NCBI GenBank assembly: GCA_050174015.1
Contig: JBFXKG010000001.1
Coordinates: 192,001 to 256,000 of the forward strand
From: Candidatus Krumholzibacteriia bacterium
GTDB lineage: Bacteria > Krumholzibacteriota > Krumholzibacteriia > LZORAL124-64-63
Length of the DNA: 64,000 nucleotides
Reading direction: 5' to 3'
A model generated the notes under the pieces. It searched no databases. It had not been told where the DNA came from and saw only the letters and a program-made list of their open reading frames with translations. Positions 15,995 to 23,814 of this stretch are shown one piece after another (position 1 is the first letter of the stretch; every line of letters begins with the position of its first letter). The translations under genes and the position numbers were made by a program.

Positions 15995-18550
15995 ATGTCG
16001 CACCCCCGCATTCTCGCAGCCATCCTGCTGCTGTTGCCCTGTCTGGCAGGCGCCCAGGAGGACGCCGGAACGGCCGCCGCCGCCACTCCGGACACCACCC
16101 TGGTGGCCTCGCAGATCCTGCTGCTCGGCCCGCTTCCCCCCGATCCGGTCGCCCCCACTTCGGGCCTGCTGCGGGGTTCCCAGGTCCTGGTGCCCGAGAT
16201 CGACCCCGGCAGGGTCCTGCCGGCGGACGGCCGGGACGGCTGGCGCCTGCGAGAAACCGGAGCGGACGGCCGTATCGCCCTGGCCCTGCCCGGGATCTAC
16301 TGGGTGGGGGCGAGGCTGCGTGCCGAGGGGCGCGCCGAGGCCGTGATCCGGCTGGACCATGGGTCGGCGGTCCACGGCAACGGCGAGGAGCTGATTGCCA
16401 AGGGGCCGGGGGAGGCGGATCCCGTGCTGGAAACGGCCGTCACCCTGGATCGCGGCTGGTTGACGGTCTTCGCCCGCATCATCGTGCCCGAGGACGACCT
16501 GGGGTTCGGCCTCGCGGTCGAGAGCGATCCGGGGGCCGGGATCCGGTGGACCCTCGAACCGGACGACGCGTGGACCCGTTTCGCGGACACGGCCGGACTC
16601 GCGACGATCGGCGGCCTCGCGGTCGCGGACGAAGGCCGCTACCTGGCCCGCCGCATCCATCTCCGCAGCGACGGGATCGATCGCCTGGACGTCTTCGACG
16701 GGGACGGCTACCTGGTGGCCGCCGACGCCTGCGGCTCGGGCGCCCGGCCGCTCGGTTTCCTGCCCGGCGACCATCGCCTGCTCGTCCGCCGGGGGTCCGA
16801 CCTGCTGCTGTGGGCTGTGCCCGCCGGCGCGCCGGACGTGCTGCTCGAGGACGAACCGGGGCTGGGATTCGTCAAGACCGACGGTGACGGCAGGCGCCTG
16901 CTGTTCGCCTCGGACAAGGGGTTCGACGCCGGGACCCCCGCAGAGGGCCCTGGCCGTCGGTACACCGCCCTGCGGGAACGCATCGCCGACTTCGGGCCCG
17001 CGGGCCACCTGCACCTGCTCGACCTCGATACGGGCCTGCGCCGGGTCCTGACGCGCCCCGGGGACTTCGTCCTGGACGATGCGGTCTTCACGGCGGACGG
17101 GCGCGCGGTGATCTACGGCCGCACCCTGCCGCAGGCCGCTCGTCCCTGGTTCTTCTCCGAGATCCGGCGAATCGACCTGACGGCCGGCACCGACGAGTTG
17201 CTGGCGGCCTTCACCTCGGGCTGGGAGGTCAGGCCCGGGCACTTCGCCGCCGCCCCCGATGGCCGGACGTTGGTGTTCCTGGGTCCGCCGGCCGAGATCG
17301 GCGACTACGGGAGCGGCCGTCCCGAACACAACGTCTACAACAAGCAGGTGTGGACCCTGGATCTGGAGTCGGGCGCGGTGCGGCGAGTGACGCAGGGGGA
17401 ATCCTACAGCTTCGACGGGGGCGGGGGAACGCCGGCGTTCGACCAGGAGGGCCGCCTGCTGGTCAGGGTGACCGACCGATCCGGCATCCGGCTGGTCCGC
17501 ATGACCCGGGACGGGGGCCGCTGGGCCACCCGCGTGCTTCCGCAGAACGGGGACAGCCTGGACGACCTCGCCGTCAGTCCCGATGCGGGCGGGGTGGCTT
17601 ACACGGCCAGCAGTCCCGACGCGCCCGAGATCCTGTACCTGGGGAGAACCGGCGAGCCCGGCGCGCCCATCGAGGATCCCAACGAGGACCTCGGCGGCAG
17701 GATCAGGTGGTCCCCCGCGGAATCCCTGGCCTTCACGGGCCCGGGCGGCGAGACCATCGACGCCTGGCTCCACCCCCCCCTCGTGATGGACCCGGACGGC
17801 GGCGCCCGCTTCGGAGCGCCGGCGCGGGGGAAGGCCCCGTTGATCGTGTACTACTACGGCGGTTCGGCGGCGACCCTGCGGACCTTCAACACCACTTTCC
17901 AGTTCTTCGCAGCGAACGGTTACGCGGTCCTGGTGGTCAATCCCCGCGGCGCCGCAGGCTGGGGCGAGGCCTTCGCCGACCACCACGCCGGGGACTGGGG
18001 ACCCCTCGCCGGGGCGGACGTCATGGCGGCCACCCGGCACGCCCTGGCGGAGCGCCCCTATCTCGACGGGAGCCGGGTGGGGATCTATGGCGGATCCTAC
18101 GGCGGCTTCATGACCAACTACCTGGTGACCCACACCGACATGTACGCCGCCGCGGTCAGCATGTACGGGATCAGCGACCTGGCCACCTACTGGGGCCAGG
18201 GGGCGTGGGGCGTCACCTACGGGGACATGGCCCTGGGCGGGCGCAACCCCTGGGACGATCCGGGGTACTTCACCGGCAACTCGCCCCTGTTCCAGGCGGA
18301 CCAGGTGCGAACGCCGCTGCTGCTGCTCCATGGCCAGTCCGACGGCAACGTCACCCCCGGCGAATCGGCCCAGCTCTTCACGGCGCTGTCGGTGCTGGAC
18401 AAGCCGGTGGAGATGGTCCTGTTCCCCGGCGAGGACCACGGCATCAGCGGATCCTGGGACAACCGCGTGGCCCACCGCACGATGATGCTCGAGTGGTTCG
18501 ACCGCTGGTTGAAGGACCGGCCCGAGGCCTGGGAAGCCCGGTGGAAGTGA
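15995..18550 (+). CDS. S9 family prolyl oligopeptidase / dipeptidyl aminopeptidase, secreted
   Basis: Signal peptide, beta-propeller region, NPRG, nucleophile GGSYGG, D.NV, FPGEDH. Confidence 0.92.
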   Translation: MSHPRILAAILLLLPCLAGAQEDAGTAAAATPDTTLVASQILLLGPLPPDPVAPTSGLLRGSQVLVPEIDPGRVLPADGRDGWRLRETGADGRIALALPGIYWVGARLRAEGRAEAVIRLDHGSAVHGNGEELIAKGPGEADPVLETAVTLDRGWLTVFARIIVPEDDLGFGLAVESDPGAGIRWTLEPDDAWTRFADTAGLATIGGLAVADEGRYLARRIHLRSDGIDRLDVFDGDGYLVAADACGSGARPLGFLPGDHRLLVRRGSDLLLWAVPAGAPDVLLEDEPGLGFVKTDGDGRRLLFASDKGFDAGTPAEGPGRRYTALRERIADFGPAGHLHLLDLDTGLRRVLTRPGDFVLDDAVFTADGRAVIYGRTLPQAARPWFFSEIRRIDLTAGTDELLAAFTSGWEVRPGHFAAAPDGRTLVFLGPPAEIGDYGSGRPEHNVYNKQVWTLDLESGAVRRVTQGESYSFDGGGGTPAFDQEGRLLVRVTDRSGIRLVRMTRDGGRWATRVLPQNGDSLDDLAVSPDAGGVAYTASSPDAPEILYLGRTGEPGAPIEDPNEDLGGRIRWSPAESLAFTGPGGETIDAWLHPPLVMDPDGGARFGAPARGKAPLIVYYYGGSAATLRTFNTTFQFFAANGYAVLVVNPRGAAGWGEAFADHHAGDWGPLAGADVMAATRHALAERPYLDGSRVGIYGGSYGGFMTNYLVTHTDMYAAAVSMYGISDLATYWGQGAWGVTYGDMALGGRNPWDDPGYFTGNSPLFQADQVRTPLLLLHGQSDGNVTPGESAQLFTALSVLDKPVEMVLFPGEDHGISGSWDNRVAHRTMMLEWFDRWLKDRPEAWEARWK

Positions 18551-19284
18551 GGCGGAAGGGCGTGGTCATCGGGAGGGAGGGGGGCCGCGGGGTCCCTGCG
18601 CTCCTGGCCCTGGTGACCCTGGTCCCTACGATCCTGGTCCCCGCGATCCTGGCGCCGGCGGGCTGTTCCGGCCCCGAGCCGCCGGGAAAGGACGAGGGCC
18701 TGCCGCGGGTCCTGATCATCGGGGATTCCATCTCCATCGGGTATACCCCCCACGTGGCGGAGGCCCTGGCCGGACGGGCGACGGTGGTCCACAATCCCGG
18801 CAACGCCCAGCACACCGCGACCGGCCTGGAGGAGCTGGACCGCTGGCTCGGCGACGGCCGCTGGGACGTCATCCATTTCAACTGGGGGCTATGGGATCTC
18901 TGCTACAAGCGGTCCCGGTTCCTGCGCGGCAGCGTCCGGGACAGGGAAAAGGGCTCCGTCCTGGTCGAGCTGGACCGTTACGAGGCCAACCTCACCGAGC
19001 TGACGGCCCGCCTGCAGAAGACCGGAGCCACCCTGATCTGGGCCTCCACCACGGTGGTGCCCGAGGGGGATGTCGGCCGCTTCCCCGACGACGACCTGCG
19101 CTACAACGAGGCTGCGGGCCGCGTCATGCGGGCCGCCGGGGTGACGGTCAACGATCTGAACGCCGCATCCCGCGAGTTTCCGCCGGAGCTCTTCGTGCAG
19201 CCCGGGGACGTCCACTTCACCGATGAAGGCTACAGGCGTCTGGCAAATCACGTCAGCGCAGCCATTTCCGCCGTTCTGCCCTGA
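18547..19284 (+). CDS. SGNH/GDSL hydrolase, probable lipoprotein
   Basis: IGDSIS, FNWGLWD, DVHF blocks; PAGC lipobox; GTGA overlap with the upstream gene. Confidence 0.85.
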   Translation: MRRKGVVIGREGGRGVPALLALVTLVPTILVPAILAPAGCSGPEPPGKDEGLPRVLIIGDSISIGYTPHVAEALAGRATVVHNPGNAQHTATGLEELDRWLGDGRWDVIHFNWGLWDLCYKRSRFLRGSVRDREKGSVLVELDRYEANLTELTARLQKTGATLIWASTTVVPEGDVGRFPDDDLRYNEAAGRVMRAAGVTVNDLNAASREFPPELFVQPGDVHFTDEGYRRLANHVSAAISAVLP

Positions 19285-19427
19285 TCCGGCCGATCCGGCC
19301 CGCCCCCTGCAAGTTTTTCCCTGCAAGCCTGCTTACGGAAGCAAAAGGAACGACAGGACACAGGGGAGAGGGCAAAACACAAGACGCGCACCATGCGGAT
19401 TGGAAATTGCCCGACGAGGTAGAAGCC

Positions 19428-19988
19428 ATGAGTGAACTCCGCCATCTGCTCGAATACCGGGGGGACAACATCTTCACCGCCATGGGGGCGTGCCCTTCGG
19501 TCTGTGCGGCCTACAAGCTGCTGCTTGACGGGGACCACGAAGGGGCCGAGCAACGGTTCCGGCGCATCCTCAAGGACAATCCCGAGGACCACGAGGCCCT
19601 GGCCGGCCTGGCGGTCTGCGTCGCCGAGGACGGCGGCAAGTTCCTGACCGCCGAGAAGCTCGCCAAGAAGGCGACGAACATGAACAGGAAGTCGGCGGCG
19701 GGATACATCGCCCTCGGATACATCAACCTGCGGGGCGGCCGGCTGCAGGACGGCTACGGATACCTGATGAAGGCGAAGCACCTGGCCCCGAAGGATCCCC
19801 GGCTCCAGGCCGGATTCGCCATCTACGACCGCGAACGTCCCCCGGTCATCACCGGCCTGTCCCGGCTGCACCCGGTGAACCGGACCCTGAACGGGGTGCG
19901 CAACCTGCGGCGGAATCCGGCCGCCATGGCGCTGGCGGTCGTCGGCACCCTCGGCTGCCTCTACCTCGCGGGCAACCTGATGGCCTGA
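19428..19988 (+). CDS. TPR-repeat protein with C-terminal membrane anchor
   Basis: TPR-like helices (AEQRFRRILKDNPED, GYIALGYI, KAKHLAP); hydrophobic C-terminus; GAGG RBS. Confidence 0.65.
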   Translation: MSELRHLLEYRGDNIFTAMGACPSVCAAYKLLLDGDHEGAEQRFRRILKDNPEDHEALAGLAVCVAEDGGKFLTAEKLAKKATNMNRKSAAGYIALGYINLRGGRLQDGYGYLMKAKHLAPKDPRLQAGFAIYDRERPPVITGLSRLHPVNRTLNGVRNLRRNPAAMALAVVGTLGCLYLAGNLMA

Positions 19989-19994
19989 CGGAAC

Positions 19995-21101
19995 CTACTT
20001 CCCGCCTCCCGGCGCGGCCGTCCTCGTGGGCAGGCCGCGCCCGCTCGTCAGGTACATCGCGTAGGTCCCCAGCCAGTGTCCCCCTGCATAGAACTCCCCG
20101 GTGACCGCCGCGAGCCCCGCCTGACGGTGGGCGCCGGCCGCGGCGTTCAGGGCCCCGTGACGCGGATCGCCCGCAGGCAGGCCGGCCGCGATGCCCTCGA
20201 GCATCCAGGCGCGGCTCAGGTTCAGGCCGTCCAGATGGGCCAGCTTGCCGTCGCTGCGGTCGGTGACCAGGGCGACGGGCAGCCAGGCCGATCCGCCGTC
20301 GGAGGGAACCTGCGGCAAGAAGGCGTCCAGCCAGCCGGCGAACGCGGCGGGATCGAGCACCCGGCGCATCAGGTCGGCCTCGGCCAGGGCGGGGGAGAGG
20401 AAGTCCTGCCCAGAGGGCTCGAAGGCCAGATCGACGCCCCGGTCGGCCAGGTAGAGGCGGCGGGCGGTCTCCTCGACCAGGACGGCCAGCTCAAGGTCGC
20501 CCGCCCCTCGGGCGTAATCGAGGACCAGGCCGAAGGCGAACGCGGTCTGGCTGTGTTCCCCGGTGCGGATGGGATAGGCCAGCTTGGGCAGCCAGTCGGA
20601 CAGCCGTGTGACGCAGGCGGCTTCCAGCGGGTTCAGGGCCGTGGACCAGCGTGCCGCGCCGGGATCGTCCCATTCCCGGAGCTCGGCCGCCAGCTGCAGC
20701 AGCCAGGCCAGACCGTAGGGACGCTCCCAGGAGGCGCGGTCGGGCCCCAGCAGGTAGGCGGTCTCGGCGGCGATGCTCTCGGGTGTCAGGTGGGCGTCCA
20801 GGATGGCCCGGGCCTCCGGCGCCAGTTCGTGGGCGGGATGGAGGCGGGCGAACCGGGCCAGCAGCCAGTGACCGTGCACGCTGGAATGCCAGTCGAAGCA
20901 CCCGAAGAAGGCGGGGTAGAGGGACCGCGGCGTGCCCTGGTCCTCATCCGACTGCATGACGTGGGCGATCTTGTTGGGGTATTCCTGGACGGCGCATTCC
21001 AGGGCCAGGCGCACGAAGGGGGCCGCCTGGTCGGCGGTGAATTCCGCTGCGCCGGCGGCGGCGGACGCGAACATCAGCACCAGGGCGAGTCGGGGGATCA
21101 T
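19995..21101 (-). CDS. DUF2891 family protein
   Basis: EYPNK, FFGCFDWHSSVHGHW, ERPYG.AW, HLDGLNLSRAW, HWLGTYA family motifs; signal peptide. Confidence 0.85.
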   Translation of the reverse strand: MIPRLALVLMFASAAAGAAEFTADQAAPFVRLALECAVQEYPNKIAHVMQSDEDQGTPRSLYPAFFGCFDWHSSVHGHWLLARFARLHPAHELAPEARAILDAHLTPESIAAETAYLLGPDRASWERPYGLAWLLQLAAELREWDDPGAARWSTALNPLEAACVTRLSDWLPKLAYPIRTGEHSQTAFAFGLVLDYARGAGDLELAVLVEETARRLYLADRGVDLAFEPSGQDFLSPALAEADLMRRVLDPAAFAGWLDAFLPQVPSDGGSAWLPVALVTDRSDGKLAHLDGLNLSRAWMLEGIAAGLPAGDPRHGALNAAAGAHRQAGLAAVTGEFYAGGHWLGTYAMYLTSGRGLPTRTAAPGGGK

Positions 21102-21311
21102 GAGGGCCTCCCGGACCGGGGGAATGACGGGGAACTTCAAAAAAGCATGGTGCCCCGGATCATTCCTGCTGTATACTCATTCCATGGACGGTTCGACCGT
21201 CCCGTGCCCGATTCACACCGTGGTGTGACGGTCCTGAAGGCCAGGGCGGCCCAGGGGGCCGGGCGAGGTGGGTCTCGCCGCGGATGACACGCCCGATAAG
21301 GAGGTGATCCA

Positions 21312-21359
21312 GTGGGTAGTCATAGATCCGGCTCAGTGGAGGTGGTGTCCCTGCATTGA
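21312..21359 (+). CDS. Putative 15-aa peptide MGSHRSGSVEVVSLH
   Basis: GTG start directly after a very long Shine-Dalgarno; TGA at 21357-21359. Confidence 0.45.
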   Translation: MGSHRSGSVEVVSLH

Positions 21360-21435
21360 CGGGGCCTCTCCAGAGCGTGGTTTTGATGGATGACCCCTGA
21401 GCGGGGGAACCCAACACCACCGAAGCTGATGCATC

Positions 21436-21465
21436 AGGGCGCCGGCGTGAAAACGCCGGCGCCCT
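21436..21465. terminator. Strong hairpin with GAAA loop
   Basis: AGGGCGCCGGCGT-GAAA-ACGCCGGCGCCCT. Confidence 0.65.
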
Positions 21466-21506
21466 TGCCGTGGGGCCGGACCCGCGCCCGCCTCGGGGCG
21501 CCTTGA

Positions 21507-21845
21507 TCAGGGCATCCGGATGCCGCCGCTCACCGGGATGTAGGCGCCGCTGACGAAGCCGCAGGCATCCCCCGCCAGGGCCGCCACCAGGCCCGCCACG
21601 TCCGCCGCCTCCCCGACCCGCCGCAAGGGGGTCATGCCGGCGAGGCCTGGACCTGGCCCTCGGCCATGTGGGCGGTGGCGTCGGTCCTGGTCAGGCCCGG
21701 GGCCACGGTGTTGACGCGGATCCCGTGGGGACCGAGTTCGAAGGCCAGGGACTTCATCAGCCCGTCCACCGCCGACTTGCTGGTGGTCAGAATGCCTCCT
21801 GATCGGGAATGGATGGGGGATACGCGGGTGTTCATCACAATCCAC
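21507..21845 (-). pseudogene. Truncated, frameshifted SDR (FabG-like) oxidoreductase remnant
   Basis: SKSAVDGLMKSLAFELGPHGIRVNTVAPG in one frame, TPLRRVG..DVA..FVSGAYIPVSGG in another; shift near 21640; no N-terminal Rossmann motif. Confidence 0.8.
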
Positions 21846-23676
21846 GGCTGACGCGGGCGAACCGAAACCGTTCGGCTTCGGCGGCCACGCGGCGCCGGAA
21901 GTCCGGCGAGGCGAGCTCTTCCTTCAAGGAGGGGCTGACCGGCAGGATCATCAGATCGGGGATCCAGACGGCCGGCGCTGCGGCCGCGGTGTCGCGGATC
22001 CGGCCTCCATCCACCGCCCGGCTGGCCTCGCCGAACCGCAGGCCGCGGGTGGCCTGCTGGAAGGCCTCGAAACGGGCCTGGCTCACCGGGTCGGGGAACA
22101 CGCCCTGGGGCTGGGCCAGGCCGGCCATGTGGAAGTGGCTGGGAGTGAAGGCCAGCCCGTCCAGGCCGAGCCGCTCGCAGACCACGTAGAGCACCGCCGC
22201 CGTGTCGCGCAGCAGGCCCAGGCCGGGGTGCTTCTGGCCCGGCAACAGGGGACGGGACATCTCGAAGCTGCTGCGCGCGTCCTGGATCAGCAGCCACTCC
22301 ACCACCAGGAAACCCGATCCCGGCCGCAACGCGCGATCGACGCGCAGCCTGACCTCGAAGATGGCCAGGCCAGGATCCTCGCCGGTGGAGATGCGCAGGG
22401 TGTGCCCGAGCGGATCGTCCAGGTCGATGGTCACCATCATGTCCTGGAATCCGAGCCGGCGCAGCCGGTCCATGAGACCGAACTCCTCGAGAGCGAGCTC
22501 GATGCCGTGGCGGCTGAAGGCCCCCAGGAAGAGGGTGTCCCTGACCGGACCGATCCCGCCGAACTCCTCCTCGCGCAACCCCCAGTCGTCCTCGTCCGGG
22601 GAGGCGGCCGCGGGCCCGGCGGGTTCCTCCGCGGCGGCGCCCCGCCCTGCCCGTTTCATCAGCCGGGTGAGCCGTCGGTAGTGGTCCACCGGCAGTTCCA
22701 TCTCCACCGGGATGTCCAGTTCGCTGCGCCCGCTCAGCAGCCAGGAGAAGTAGGCCGCGCCGTGACGCCACGCCGCGGGCCCGTATCCCCCGGCCAGCAG
22801 GATCACGGTGGGGATGGGAGGGAATTCACCGGCGGGAGGGCGAACCATCTCGGTCACCATCCGATCCCGGGCCAGCATCCCCTCCAGGGAGATGCGCCAG
22901 TCGCCCAGCTTGTCGCCGACTCCCGGGTCGCTCCCTGCCAGGTAGAACACCAGGCCCGGCCTGAACCTGGCGAAGACCGCGGGCAGGTTTTCCCTGATGG
23001 CCGCCAGGTACGCGGCGTCCTCCACGTCGGGTCCCAGGGCGATGCTGGTGGATTCCAGGGCCCGGGTGTCCCCGAGGTCGTTGTTGTGGATGGAGAAGGT
23101 GTGGACGGTGGGATCATCGGCGAAGATGGCGCGGGTCCCGTCCCCGTCGTGGAGGTCCAGATCCACCACCAGGACGGGCTTGTCGAACCCCCTGCGGCGC
23201 AGCGAGGCGACGGCGATGGCCACGTCGTTGAAGACGCAGAACCCCGATCCGCGGTCCGCCTCGGCGTGGTGGAGCCCTCCCCCCAGATTGACCATCACGG
23301 TCCGCCGGTGGACGGCCGCGGCGGCCGCCCGCCAGGTCCCTCCGCACATGAGCCGCTGGAAGCAGAGGAACCGGTCCTGGGCGGCGGGATCGACGGGGAA
23401 ACCGAGGATGGGTTCGATGGCGCCGGGATTCTCCAGGGAATGCAGGTAGGCGCTGCCGTGGACGAAGCCCAGCCGCCGCAGGGAAACGGGCCGGGGCCTG
23501 ATGAGCATGCCCGGTCTCAGCAGACGACGGCTCTCGAGGTATTGCAGGATGCGGAAGGGCCGCCGGGCGTCGTACTGGGGAAAGGGCAGATCGAGCTGGT
23601 AGCGCTTGTGGATGACGAAGCGCGTCCCCCTGCGGGGATCGCTCAGTCCCAGCGCCTTCAGCATCCGATCCAGCAT
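21835..23676 (-). CDS. Histone deacetylase/AcuC family Zn-dependent deacetylase with an extra C-terminal domain
   Basis: GGLHHA, GFC.FND, DLDLHDGDG, GSDP, AGGY all present. Confidence 0.88.
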   Translation of the reverse strand: MLDRMLKALGLSDPRRGTRFVIHKRYQLDLPFPQYDARRPFRILQYLESRRLLRPGMLIRPRPVSLRRLGFVHGSAYLHSLENPGAIEPILGFPVDPAAQDRFLCFQRLMCGGTWRAAAAAVHRRTVMVNLGGGLHHAEADRGSGFCVFNDVAIAVASLRRRGFDKPVLVVDLDLHDGDGTRAIFADDPTVHTFSIHNNDLGDTRALESTSIALGPDVEDAAYLAAIRENLPAVFARFRPGLVFYLAGSDPGVGDKLGDWRISLEGMLARDRMVTEMVRPPAGEFPPIPTVILLAGGYGPAAWRHGAAYFSWLLSGRSELDIPVEMELPVDHYRRLTRLMKRAGRGAAAEEPAGPAAASPDEDDWGLREEEFGGIGPVRDTLFLGAFSRHGIELALEEFGLMDRLRRLGFQDMMVTIDLDDPLGHTLRISTGEDPGLAIFEVRLRVDRALRPGSGFLVVEWLLIQDARSSFEMSRPLLPGQKHPGLGLLRDTAAVLYVVCERLGLDGLAFTPSHFHMAGLAQPQGVFPDPVSQARFEAFQQATRGLRFGEASRAVDGGRIRDTAAAAPAVWIPDLMILPVSPSLKEELASPDFRRRVAAEAERFRFARVSRGL

Positions 23677-23814
23677 CGACCGGAACTCCTTCGGGTTCAG
23701 CCAGAGGTGCAGCCGGGTCTCGTTACGCCTTGGGCTCGGGCGCCAGGCGGTGCCGCAACAAGGAGGTTGCGGCCCTGCGTCCCCGAGGTCAAGGCGTAAC
23801 GGGATCCGGCGGTC

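Larger units (their letters stand above)
21184..21465 (+). ncRNA. Candidate structured small RNA / sORF mRNA with an extended anti-16S sequence
   Basis: TATACT at 21172; hairpins at 21186-21202, 21213-21228 and 21262-21279; TAAGGAGGTGATCCAG at 21297-21312; terminal hairpin 21436-21465. Confidence 0.5.

Noticed and set aside
21229..21260. SRP RNA (GGTCCTGAAGG resembles the domain IV loop)
   Set aside because: Lacks the conserved CAGG...GGAA...AGCAG arrangement
21297..21312. 16S rRNA gene (3' end on the minus strand)
   Set aside because: The match stops after 16 nt and the flanks show no rRNA sequence; reported instead as an extended SD
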